DNA from: a candidate division WWE3 bacterium RIFOXYB1_FULL_43_24
Lineage (GTDB): Bacteria > Patescibacteriota > WWE3 > UBA101185 > UBA10185
Direction of reading: 5' to 3'
DNA: 64,000 nt
NCBI GenBank assembly: GCA_001773135.1
Contig: MEVX01000006.1
Coordinates: 26,515-90,514 of the forward strand
Part shown: in pieces, positions 9,148-18,518 of the stretch
How positions within the stretch are numbered: position 1 is the first letter of the stretch
Layout of the letters: each line of letters starts with the position of its first letter
The notes under the pieces: generated by a model
Database searches by the model: none
What the model was told of the DNA's origin: nothing
What the model saw: only the letters and a program-made list of their open reading frames with translations
Translations under genes and position numbers: made by a program

Positions 9148-11319
9148 TTAGTTTCCGATTTCTCCCGCGTCGTCATCAAATTCATATTGAACGTCGAAAA
9201 TTTCAAGTCCTGTTTCTACACCCCATCTCGAATTAAATTTGATGGATTTCGTTACACGATCGAGCGTACCCAATGGATAATGCACAACTGCCGATGGATA
9301 CATGTTGTTGTTGAGGCCGAGGTCTCGCAATATCTGCAATCCTTTGCCTGATGCAGACCCCGATTTTGTACTAATTAACGACCCATAAAAGACGACCGGA
9401 TTATCAGGAGAGGCCTCAGTATAGTTGCTGCCCACCTCGATACCGCTTGAAGAAATAATGATAGCTTCAATCTGAGGGGGCGTATCTATAGTGTAAGTCG
9501 AAAGGGGAGTGGACAAAGACGGATCTATCTTTACGTGAGCTCTCGTTATTATAACAACGTTTCCGGGGGACGTCGAAACTCCCAGTGGGGCTCCCGGTAC
9601 TTCTATACTATTGATTGGCCTGTCTATGACAAGGGTATTGGAGGGGTTACCTTCTACATATACGAACGCCACTCTGGGTGAAATATTGCCGGTACGGACA
9701 TAGCAAGTGGTTCCGATACAGGTAAGCAGACGGGTCGGTTTTGGGCTACAGTCGCCCAAAAATCCAGGACGATAATTTACATCCCCGGGGTAACACTTTG
9801 CACCAAAATACGTGTCTGTTGAAGTACCATAATACTGCGATTCCACCAGACCCAGATTTTGTGATAGAAAATAGTATTGCCAGGAGCTATTATTGAAATC
9901 CGCAATACTTATTTTATAAACATCAGGTCTGAGATAACCGCCCAAGTTCGTCATAACCTTTGCTCCCTCAGGAGCTTTAAGTTCTATTTTCTGGGAAGCG
10001 CTATCTTCAACACCGATGTTTTGAATAAAACCTCCCAACGGCCCTTCGGAAATGTCAGTTGAAAAACTCGACCCCCGGACGGACAAAGCATAAATATTGC
10101 TACCCAAACTACCCTCTTGAAGTTTGTTCAAATTCAGCATTCCCAAATAAAATCCGCTGTCTGATGAAGTTTCGGAGGTACACGGTCCCGTGTTGGTAAA
10201 ACTCCCGGCGTAAGCATCGCCGTCTACGACTGCAACCCAGGGGTCTTTTGTCACCTTTGCCATTTGCATTGTAACGGTCTGAGATGCGACTGCTGTGTTC
10301 TGAGCAACCGTTGCGCAGGTCTGCAAAGTGGAATTTAGATTTGATTCAGAACATTTTATCCCATATGTCTGGCACATTCCGTCGGAATAGGTGGGACATA
10401 CAGTTATTTGGGGCGGGGTCGCGGTGGAGTAGGGGACAGACAGGGTAATTTTGCCGTCCGTTCCTGTTGTATCCGTAAAAGTTTTATTATCTTCGGTCTG
10501 CGCTCCCCACACAGACACGGTTACACTTGCTCCGGCGAGATTTCGGACGGGTGTTGTTGGACAGGTGGTTGTGGAAGTGGGAATTTCCTGAACCGTAACC
10601 GTGATATCCGTCTTCATATTAACGGTGAACGCCCACTCTGCTGATGTACTGGTTTTTGCACCATTGTCAGCGATGACCCGCCATTTATATGTTTTGTTTG
10701 TCGTTGAATCCGCGGCGAAAGCACAGGTTGACGTAGGGTTGTCTACGGTACACACATCTTCCCACCCGGTACCCGGGTCGACCTGCACTTTATATTTCTT
10801 AGTTGTGTTCCCGTCGCAATTTTCGCCCCATCCTGACAGGGAATTCCAAGAAAGTGCCACGCTGGGTTTGTTTATAAGAATAGATCCGTTCGAAGGCGAG
10901 ACCAATGTAACCTGCGAAGGAGCAGTCGTGGTACACCCGCCATTGTTACCGCCAACTCCAGCACATGCATAACAATATCCAATAGTTTCATAGTAGGCGC
11001 TTGTGGAACAATACGTGCATGTAGGTGGACCGGTCAAACAACACGCCCAGGTATCTTTGATACATTCATTAGTCGGAACATATCCGGCGACGGAACAACC
11101 GGTAGATGGACACCCGTTGGGACCTGCACAGCAATAAGTATTATTTTGACATTTATATTCATCGTAGGGCCCCCCGCCATCGCCTATATCTATACCGGTT
11201 TTTGTACAATCCCATTCTGCGCAGGTCGCTGCATAAATCGTTCCTTTATTAGTGAATATGGGGAGTGTAAGAATACCAAGAAGGAGAAAAATGTGAAAAA
11301 AACGTGTAAAAACTCTCAT
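9148..11319 (-). CDS. Large Cys/Thr-rich secreted protein with an FN3-like domain, putative pilus-associated adhesin
   Basis: Signal peptide, Cys-rich N-terminus, FN3-like segment (LSWNS...YKWRVIADN), C-terminal domain shared with 54930..56861; stop lies 1 nt before the PilX-like start. Confidence 0.65.
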   Translation of the reverse strand: MRVFTRFFHIFLLLGILTLPIFTNKGTIYAATCAEWDCTKTGIDIGDGGGPYDEYKCQNNTYCCAGPNGCPSTGCSVAGYVPTNECIKDTWACCLTGPPTCTYCSTSAYYETIGYCYACAGVGGNNGGCTTTAPSQVTLVSPSNGSILINKPSVALSWNSLSGWGENCDGNTTKKYKVQVDPGTGWEDVCTVDNPTSTCAFAADSTTNKTYKWRVIADNGAKTSTSAEWAFTVNMKTDITVTVQEIPTSTTTCPTTPVRNLAGASVTVSVWGAQTEDNKTFTDTTGTDGKITLSVPYSTATPPQITVCPTYSDGMCQTYGIKCSESNLNSTLQTCATVAQNTAVASQTVTMQMAKVTKDPWVAVVDGDAYAGSFTNTGPCTSETSSDSGFYLGMLNLNKLQEGSLGSNIYALSVRGSSFSTDISEGPLGGFIQNIGVEDSASQKIELKAPEGAKVMTNLGGYLRPDVYKISIADFNNSSWQYYFLSQNLGLVESQYYGTSTDTYFGAKCYPGDVNYRPGFLGDCSPKPTRLLTCIGTTCYVRTGNISPRVAFVYVEGNPSNTLVIDRPINSIEVPGAPLGVSTSPGNVVIITRAHVKIDPSLSTPLSTYTIDTPPQIEAIIISSSGIEVGSNYTEASPDNPVVFYGSLISTKSGSASGKGLQILRDLGLNNNMYPSAVVHYPLGTLDRVTKSIKFNSRWGVETGLEIFDVQYEFDDDAGEIGN

Positions 11320-11377
11320 TAATAAGATGCTACATGAGGAAAAATTGGATGTAAAGAAACCGAGAACGAATAAATAA

Positions 11378-11407
11378 CGCCGAGGTTATGTAAATGTAAC
11401 CTCGGCG
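11378..11407 (-). terminator. Intrinsic terminator after lipoprotein gene
   Basis: Perfect 11-bp stem CGCCGAGGTTA/TAACCTCGGCG followed by TTATTTA on the minus strand. Confidence 0.7.
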
Positions 11408-11422
11408 AGCTTAGGACACACA

Positions 11423-12007
11423 CTAGTCGGTCGATATATCAAAATTCGGCTTAGTGTTGGCATCAAATTGAGGACAGTAGGGAAGTTTTGCCGAATCTCC
11501 TAAATAAACGGACGCTTCTGACCAACGATATTCTCTGGTTTTCTCCTCTATAAAAACACCGTCTTTGTAGAGTTTGGTTCCATAACCGGAAGCAAAAGCA
11601 TCGTAAATCCACCCGCACACTTCCATAGGTGAAACCTTTTCAGCAGGTCCTTCCCATTCATCATACTTCATAAATTCGCTCAACAAAACGAGTGTTGGGT
11701 CGTCCTGAGGGAAGGTCGGGTCATACAACAAAAGACTTCCTGTTGTGGTCCAAAACAACCCCACTTCATTTTCGTCCCAAGCACCATAGTCACTTACGAC
11801 AGTGGGGGTTGGAACTTCCGTAGGCAACGGAGTCGGAACAAGACTGGCAGTCGGAGTAAGCGTCTTTTCCAAAGTAGGGCGGGCCGGATTAGTCGCAACC
11901 TGTACTGCTGCTGTAGAAGAAGGTTCCGTAGCCCCTCTTGCCGAACAGGACATCATTAAGAATGATGCCAAAACAACAAACGAACCCACCAACAAGCGGA
12001 TTTTCAT
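11423..12007 (-). CDS. Putative lipoprotein with Pro/Thr-rich linker
   Basis: Basic and hydrophobic signal ending MMS|C; PT repeats; SD AAGGAGGAG. Confidence 0.65.
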   Translation of the reverse strand: MKIRLLVGSFVVLASFLMMSCSARGATEPSSTAAVQVATNPARPTLEKTLTPTASLVPTPLPTEVPTPTVVSDYGAWDENEVGLFWTTTGSLLLYDPTFPQDDPTLVLLSEFMKYDEWEGPAEKVSPMEVCGWIYDAFASGYGTKLYKDGVFIEEKTREYRWSEASVYLGDSAKLPYCPQFDANTKPNFDISTD

Positions 12008-12095
12008 TTCCTCTCCTCCTTATCGAATTCATCGGTTTAGATTTGAACTTACAGTACTCTTATCTGTCGGGATTTGTGCGTATTATAGCATTTAT

Positions 12096-12113
12096 AAAAA
12101 AAAGGGGGGGGGG
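12096..12113. repeat. A8-G10 homopolymer tracts just upstream of an extended -10 box
   Basis: A at 12096-12103, G at 12104-12113; TGcTATAAT on the minus strand at 12082-12090. Confidence 0.8.
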
Positions 12114-12158
12114 TTGTCTTGAAACCTGAAATTAAGAACCTTCGAGGATATTTGAAAA

Positions 12159-12728
12159 TCATCTAACCCTGCGTACCAGTATACACACGGGGCCTGTTGC
12201 GTCGCAGTTCTCTGAAACACATTTCGCAATGTAAAGCACATCTCCAAGTTTAATTTCTTCAGCAATACCAAAATTCGATGACACAAACTCCATGTTAAGG
12301 TTCTTAAACAATGCTGTTTTTTCAGGAACGCACTCTAGCAAAAGTTCTTTAGGCGGGTAAAAATTATCCAGCGCTCCGGTTACTGTGTTACCGTTAACAG
12401 AGCTTACAACGTACCTATCGTATTTTTTCCCTAAATTCTCATCTATTTTATCGCCAGATGTTAAAAAGATTCCCTCCAACTCAGCCGCGACATTGTTCAT
12501 TTTAGAAGAACCTGACACAACACCAACATCGGGATCTTCAACAAAGGCGGATTCGTGTATCTCAAAGGCGCTGTCCTCTGATTTGGTGTTGTTTATCCCG
12601 AACAGGTTATACAAAACTTCGGTATTCTTCGCAGTAAAATTCCTGATTAGAATCAGGAAAGTCAAAATACTTACTAACAAAAAAACAACAAAAATCCCGA
12701 GGAGCCTTTTCATACCTTTTTTCTCCAC
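12159..12728 (-). CDS. Hypothetical membrane-anchored protein
   Basis: N-terminal TM helix and Cys-containing extracytoplasmic domain. Confidence 0.65.
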   Translation of the reverse strand: MEKKGMKRLLGIFVVFLLVSILTFLILIRNFTAKNTEVLYNLFGINNTKSEDSAFEIHESAFVEDPDVGVVSGSSKMNNVAAELEGIFLTSGDKIDENLGKKYDRYVVSSVNGNTVTGALDNFYPPKELLLECVPEKTALFKNLNMEFVSSNFGIAEEIKLGDVLYIAKCVSENCDATGPVCILVRRVR

Positions 12729-12839
12729 ATACTTATTTTTACACAGAATGAAATTTCTATCAAAAGTACTAAATCCCGCATAGTACCACTATAGAGAAAA
12801 ATGGGACTTCGGCATGAACTAACATGTCGGGGAAAGTCC

Positions 12840-13223
12840 TTAAACGCCCGAAAACCTTCCGACTTCCTCAACAACCTTGTCAGGATTCACCTCGGATTTT
12901 ATCAAATATCCATCGGCTCCCAACTTAAAGGCTTCCTGAATGATGTGCTCACTGTTCAAGTTTGTAAGTACAATAACGGGCCCTTTTTTCAGCTCTGGCG
13001 TTTCCTTCAAATCTTTTAATATCTTTAGACCGTCTTTACCAGGAAGCATTATGTCGAGAAGCAAAATACTCCACTCGGAGTTTTTAATTTTGTCTCCGCC
13101 GACCTCTCCGTTAGGAGCCTGGTCAACTACATAACCCGCGTTCTGCAGGACTTCAGCGTAAATTGTCCTTATATCCTGCTCATCTTCAATTATTAATACT
13201 TTGTTTTTTGTATTATCTGGCAT
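12840..13223 (-). CDS. Single-domain response regulator (receiver only)
   Basis: VLIIEDE, LLDIMLPGKDG, VLTN, GADGYLIK. Confidence 0.92.
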   Translation of the reverse strand: MPDNTKNKVLIIEDEQDIRTIYAEVLQNAGYVVDQAPNGEVGGDKIKNSEWSILLLDIMLPGKDGLKILKDLKETPELKKGPVIVLTNLNSEHIIQEAFKLGADGYLIKSEVNPDKVVEEVGRFSGV

Positions 13224-13284
13224 AAGTTATTTATAACACACCCTGCTATAGTCAACAAACGAATTTTCTAGTTTAATATACATA

Positions 13285-14679
13285 ATGCCCGATAGAGTAG
13301 TAGAGATAAAGGAAAGTGAAATATTCAAGCTTATCGATAAAAACCGAGCGCTTGATGCTACCTATAAACTAGTCGAGACAATTTTAGAAACAACCGAATT
13401 CGATGAACTCACACAAAAAATTGCTGACATAATTCCTAATGCCCTCGGATACGAGTTAGGAATTTTGGCATTAATAGATCACAAAAGTAATGTTCTTAAA
13501 AAGATTTCTCTTTCCAGAGGTGTCGGCGATACTGATAAGCAGGCCCAACTCGAAGAATTCTTCGGAGAACTGACCATACCTTTCGGTTATGCAGATAATG
13601 TCTGCGTGCAAGCTGTTGAAACAAAAAAACAGATTGTCAGTCCCTACATGTGGGATGTATTCAAACCGACGATGACCAAACAACAAGCAGAAACTATTCA
13701 GGAAATTACCGGAACCAAATCTCACATCGTAACTCCGTTGTTTTCACACGATAAAGTTATCGGAACAATTATTGTCAGCCTTGCAAAGGAAGTTGATAAA
13801 GTGACAGATTTTGAAAAGGAAATGTTGAAAAAGTTTTCCGAAAGCGCGGGGGTAGCTGTAGAAAACTCAAAACTTTACACAAATTTAAAACGGGCAAAAG
13901 AGGATTTGCACAAAGCTTATGAGAACATGAAAGTATTAAACACTTTAAAAGATGAGTTCCTATCGGTCGCTTCGCACGAGCTCAGAACCCCGATGACAAT
14001 AGTGAAAAGCTACCTGTGGATGTTAGAAAAGCAGAAAGCCGGCAAACTAAATCAAAAACAACTCGAGTATCTAAACAAAGCCCTGATAGGCACTCAAAGA
14101 ATGATTTCGCTCATAAACGACATGCTTGATATTTCTAAATTCGAAAGAAAAAAGGTTTCATTTTCCATTACACAGATCAACCTGATAAACACAATTAGAG
14201 ATGTCCTGTCTAACTTCGACATCAGGGTGGGGGAGAAAAATTTAAAGCTAGAGTTTCTCCCTCCCATGGGTGAGATTTTAGTCGACGCCGATCCTGACAA
14301 ATTAAGAGATGTTTTCACAAACTTAATTGAAAATGCGGTGAAATTCACAAAAGAGGGGTCCATAACAATATCTATCGACGAGTACGAAGAGTTTTACAGA
14401 ATTTCAGTCAGGGATACGGGTGCCGGAATAGACAAAAAAGACCTTCCTAAGCTCTTCCACAAGTTCGGAAGGATAGATAATAGCTACACAATTGCAACTG
14501 ATTCCGGAGGTACCGGGTTAGGTTTGTATATTGTAAAACTTTACATTCACGGTATGGGCGGTATGGTGGGGGCAGATTCAGACGGTATTGGAACGGGAAG
14601 TACGTTTTGGGTAACTCTTCCGAAAAATAAAATTAAAAAGTTCGGAGTTAGCTTAAAGCAGGTTGAAATACCAGTTTAA
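13285..14679 (+). CDS. Cytoplasmic GAF-domain sensor histidine kinase
   Basis: GAF domain, H-box SHELRTP, N-box NLIENAVKFT, DTGAG, GGTGLGL; no TM segment. Confidence 0.93.
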   Translation: MPDRVVEIKESEIFKLIDKNRALDATYKLVETILETTEFDELTQKIADIIPNALGYELGILALIDHKSNVLKKISLSRGVGDTDKQAQLEEFFGELTIPFGYADNVCVQAVETKKQIVSPYMWDVFKPTMTKQQAETIQEITGTKSHIVTPLFSHDKVIGTIIVSLAKEVDKVTDFEKEMLKKFSESAGVAVENSKLYTNLKRAKEDLHKAYENMKVLNTLKDEFLSVASHELRTPMTIVKSYLWMLEKQKAGKLNQKQLEYLNKALIGTQRMISLINDMLDISKFERKKVSFSITQINLINTIRDVLSNFDIRVGEKNLKLEFLPPMGEILVDADPDKLRDVFTNLIENAVKFTKEGSITISIDEYEEFYRISVRDTGAGIDKKDLPKLFHKFGRIDNSYTIATDSGGTGLGLYIVKLYIHGMGGMVGADSDGIGTGSTFWVTLPKNKIKKFGVSLKQVEIPV

Positions 14680-15543
14680 AATTTCCGAACCCCACGCCAG
14701 GCAAATCAAGCTTCCCAAAATCAGAAATGGGCCGAAAGGTACAATACTTTTTAATGTTTTCTTTTTAGTCAGGATCAAGACAATGCTTACAACCGCCCCT
14801 ATAAAAAATCCTAAAAAAACAGCTAAAAGATTATAAGGAAATCCGTTAACCAGCCCCACCAGTAAACCCAATCTTATATCTCCGCCGCCCATTCCTCTGC
14901 CACGGGTTATCCAAACTATTAACAGAAAAAATAAGGCTATGGCTATAGCGGAAATAAAATTAAAACCCAACCCGCGTAAGGCAACCCCAACCTGATTTTC
15001 AAAAAATCCTGCTCTGAGAAGATACCTACCAAAATCATCATTTTGCAACCTATTGCGGTATTCATATAAATTAAGGGCCGTTGACGATAAATGAAAAAGC
15101 GCAACAAAAACTATAGCCGGCAAAACTACTTTATCCGGAATTAGCAAGTATTTAAGATCGGCAAGTAAAAGGATCTCATAAAACGAAAACACGACGGACA
15201 AAAAAACAAAACCTACGAATACATCTCGTGAAAAAGTATTGAATAAAGAAAATCCGGATAATGACGCGGCAAAAACCAAAAATAGGCCGGACAAGATTTC
15301 AGAGAAGGGGTAGTACCAAGATAGCCGTGTCTGACAAAACGAACACTTTCCCTTCTGCATCAAAAAAGAAATTACGGGGATAAGATTCAGTGCTTTTAAT
15401 TCCTTACCGCACTTATCACATTTTGAGCGATCGGAAACTATTTTTTCACCTTTAACAACGCGGTCGGAAACAAGATTCAAAAAAGAACCTATGAAGGTTC
15501 CGAAAATAAAAATAATTACGAGATTAACATAGCTCAATACCAT
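14653..15543 (-). CDS. pilD: Prepilin peptidase/methylase
   Basis: GSFLN, two CxxC pairs, GMGGGD, VPFGPFL. Confidence 0.93.
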   Translation of the reverse strand: MVLSYVNLVIIFIFGTFIGSFLNLVSDRVVKGEKIVSDRSKCDKCGKELKALNLIPVISFLMQKGKCSFCQTRLSWYYPFSEILSGLFLVFAASLSGFSLFNTFSRDVFVGFVFLSVVFSFYEILLLADLKYLLIPDKVVLPAIVFVALFHLSSTALNLYEYRNRLQNDDFGRYLLRAGFFENQVGVALRGLGFNFISAIAIALFFLLIVWITRGRGMGGGDIRLGLLVGLVNGFPYNLLAVFLGFFIGAVVSIVLILTKKKTLKSIVPFGPFLILGSLICLAWGSEILNWYFNLL

Positions 15544-15579
15544 TAGCAGATTCTCGCACTTTTTTCAGAATTGCACAAC

Positions 15580-15606
15580 AAAAAAGGCTCTCGTAAGAGA
15601 GCCTTT
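15580..15606 (-). terminator. Intrinsic terminator after pilin 15629..16138
   Basis: AAAGGCTCTC-GTAA-GAGAGCCTTT hairpin with a T run on the minus strand. Confidence 0.75.
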
Positions 15607-15628
15607 CTCGTTGATTGCCGGCAACCAA

Positions 15629-16138
15629 CTAAGGAAGTATTAACAAACTTGTACCGGATTCATAAGCATTTGGATTATTTCCACCATCAGTGCTCATCTT
15701 CAACAAATTGTCCTCGTGCTGCAATACTACGTTAACTTCAAAATCCGTTGCTGAGGATCCGAAAGTATAAACGTGGGCAACTGTGTTGACTGTGTCATTA
15801 ACCGGATCGATTGGTAAAACAGCAACGAACCTGGAAAGTCCAACCTTTCCTGTGGGGATGGTATATTTCACCCAACCCAAACCGTCGAGGTCTCTGTCAC
15901 CGGTGTCACTCGTACAATCAGCACAAGTTCCGGTCACGCCTAAGGCGATTTCCTGCTCTGTTAGGGCTAAGTTAATTGCTTTAGTCAAGGAGTCGATATC
16001 AGACAGTCTTTTTGCATCGTTTGATTTCATGATCATCGACTGAGGATTAATAGCAACCAATAAAGCACCCGCTAAGATACCGATGATTGCGATAACAACC
16101 AAAAGTTCAACTAGTGTAAAACCTTTTTGTTTTCTCAT
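15629..16138 (-). CDS. Type IV pilin, major-pilin candidate
   Basis: KG|FTLVELLVVIAIIGILA; DAKRLSDI; LPIDP; SD GAGGAGGTGA. Confidence 0.9.
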   Translation of the reverse strand: MRKQKGFTLVELLVVIAIIGILAGALLVAINPQSMIMKSNDAKRLSDIDSLTKAINLALTEQEIALGVTGTCADCTSDTGDRDLDGLGWVKYTIPTGKVGLSRFVAVLPIDPVNDTVNTVAHVYTFGSSATDFEVNVVLQHEDNLLKMSTDGGNNPNAYESGTSLLILP

Positions 16139-16184
16139 ATTAGTTTTATCTTTTCACCTCCTCACTCAATAAAGTACAAACTAA

Positions 16185-17387
16185 TTAAATAGACTGTGTA
16201 ATCTGATAAATAGGCGTGATTATCGAGATAATCAAAAACCCTACCATAACACCCAGCATTACGAGTATGATAGGTTCAAGAGCCGCTGACAATCCTTTCA
16301 CTTTGTTGTCCACCTCACCTTCGTAATAAGTTGCGACACGATCCAAAACTTCATCCATTTTTCCCGTTTCTTCGCCGACATTAGCCATTTGAGATAAAAG
16401 GGGAGGGAAATGCTCAGAAGATTTAAAAAAGCTGGACAGTGAAGTTCCTTTTTCAACCTGCTTGGCAGCTTTTAACACTTCCATCCTAAAGGTGGGGCTC
16501 GACATAACAGTTGAGACTATGCCTAAAGCCTCAACTATGGGTACCGCAGAATTTATTAGTAAAGCGAGGGTTTTGCTAAATTGAGCAAAGTCTTTGTCCT
16601 TATTAATCTTTCCAAAAACAGGGAGTCTCATTACAAGCTCTGCACTGTAATACTTTCCTTTTTCACTTTTCGAATAGTACCTAATGACAAGAACCAGCGC
16701 GACTGTAGCGATGGTCAACAATATAATATTTTTAACCATGAAGTCAGACGTTGTGATCATTAACTGTGTCACAACTGGAAGTTCAACATCCATGCTTTTG
16801 TACATTTCCGCCAACTGTGGAATAACAAAGACCATTAAAACCACGAACACACCGACCATTGCAATCATAACAACCGCGGGGTAGATCATCGCCCCTTTAA
16901 ACCTTGCGTTAAGATCCCGTTGAGCCTCCATATTATCGGCTAATCTTTTTAAAATGACATCCATTTTTCCGGAAGATTCTCCTGCTTTAACCAAGGCCTG
17001 GTATGTAATCGAAAATACTTCAGGGTACCTTCCAAGGGCAGTAGAGAGAGAAGCGCCCCCCTCAACATTTCGTAAAATATCGTAAATGACTTTTTTAAAA
17101 TTTTGACTTTGAGTCTGCGAAGCCAACACTTCCAACGCACGCGATATAGGAAGTCCTGCTGAAATCATCGTCGAAAACTGCCTTGTAAAAGTTACGACAT
17201 CTCCTGTGGAAACACCACGGAAGTTCAGAAACGTATCAAAAATTGTTTCCTTCTTCTCCGAAATGGAAATAACATACATCCCCTGTCCTTTTAAAAGGGA
17301 CACGGCGAGATCTTTGGTTCTTGCGTCAACAGTTCCATCAACTGTCTTTCCTGCCATGTTTTTAGCCGTGTATGTGTATATTGCCAT
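16185..17387 (-). CDS. pilC: Type IV pilus platform protein PilC
   Basis: FTRQFSTMISAGLP, GESSG, AMIYP, GEETG, LEPII. Confidence 0.95.
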   Translation of the reverse strand: MAIYTYTAKNMAGKTVDGTVDARTKDLAVSLLKGQGMYVISISEKKETIFDTFLNFRGVSTGDVVTFTRQFSTMISAGLPISRALEVLASQTQSQNFKKVIYDILRNVEGGASLSTALGRYPEVFSITYQALVKAGESSGKMDVILKRLADNMEAQRDLNARFKGAMIYPAVVMIAMVGVFVVLMVFVIPQLAEMYKSMDVELPVVTQLMITTSDFMVKNIILLTIATVALVLVIRYYSKSEKGKYYSAELVMRLPVFGKINKDKDFAQFSKTLALLINSAVPIVEALGIVSTVMSSPTFRMEVLKAAKQVEKGTSLSSFFKSSEHFPPLLSQMANVGEETGKMDEVLDRVATYYEGEVDNKVKGLSAALEPIILVMLGVMVGFLIISIITPIYQITQSI

Positions 17388-17389
17388 TT

Positions 17390-18463
17390 TTACTTCACCA
17401 TCTTGGAGTCTATTAAACGCCTAAAATCTTCAGGTCTTAATGTGTATTTAATTCCTTCCTGAAAATCTACCAAACCGTTATTGACCAGGTAAGCTATGGA
17501 TCTATCTAAGCTGACCATCCCCACCTGAGAACTGGTATTAATAATATTATCTATCATGTGAGCTTTTCCCTCACGTATTAAGTTCTTTACAGCGTCGCTT
17601 CCAAGCATTAGCTCTATCGCCGGAACTACACCTTTAACAGGGGAGGGTATTAATCTCTGTGAAACAACAACCTCCAGTACCTGGGAAAGTTGAACTCTTA
17701 TTTCGTTCTGTTTTTCTGATGCAAAAGATGAAACAATTCTTTCAACAGTTTGAGAAGCGGAGTTTGTGTGCAGTGTAGCAAAAACCAAGTGGCCTGTTTC
17801 TGCAATTTCCAATGCAGAAGATATTGTTTCAGAGTCTCTCATTTCGCCGATTAGTATAACGTTAGGATCTTGTCGTAACATGGATTTGAGAGCAATCGTC
17901 CAATCATGTGTGTCCAAAAACATTTCTCTCTGTTCAACCAAAGACTTCTTATTTGCAAAGATATATTCAATAGGATCTTCTACGGTAAGTATATGCTCGG
18001 CGCGGTTCTCGTTTATCTTATCTATCATTGACGCAATGGTGGTCGATTTTCCATGTCCGGTAGGACCGACGACCAATATTAACCCCGATTTTAGCTCGCA
18101 CAAATTCAACAAGTACGGCGGGAGATTTAATTCCTCGAAGGAAGGCACCGACATAGGTATGTGTCGCAAGGCAGCTGATGGATAACCTTTTTGGAAAAAA
18201 GCATTAACTCTGAATCTGGCTTTTACTCCAAGAGCAACAGAAAAATCCAGTTCCTTGTTTACCTCCAGCACTTCTCTTTGTTGGGTGTCTAATATTTGCG
18301 AAAGAAAATATTCGACGTCATCAACCGTCAGTACATCAAAATCCTCGAGTATGGAAAGGGCCGTTTTAATCCTCACATACGGTTTACTCCCCACCGACAC
18401 ATGCAAATCCGACGCGTTCAACGACACGACTCTTTCTAATAATTGTGTAGCATTAAGTTTCAT
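17390..18463 (-). CDS. pilT: Retraction ATPase PilT
   Basis: ASDLH, GPTGHGKSTT, EDPIE, LRQDPNVILIGEMRD, TLHT, AVKNLIRE. Confidence 0.95.
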   Translation of the reverse strand: MKLNATQLLERVVSLNASDLHVSVGSKPYVRIKTALSILEDFDVLTVDDVEYFLSQILDTQQREVLEVNKELDFSVALGVKARFRVNAFFQKGYPSAALRHIPMSVPSFEELNLPPYLLNLCELKSGLILVVGPTGHGKSTTIASMIDKINENRAEHILTVEDPIEYIFANKKSLVEQREMFLDTHDWTIALKSMLRQDPNVILIGEMRDSETISSALEIAETGHLVFATLHTNSASQTVERIVSSFASEKQNEIRVQLSQVLEVVVSQRLIPSPVKGVVPAIELMLGSDAVKNLIREGKAHMIDNIINTSSQVGMVSLDRSIAYLVNNGLVDFQEGIKYTLRPEDFRRLIDSKMVK

Positions 18464-18518
18464 ACGTTATTTATTTCTCTCCTACTTTTTAACAATTACA
18501 AATATGCGCATACTTTTA

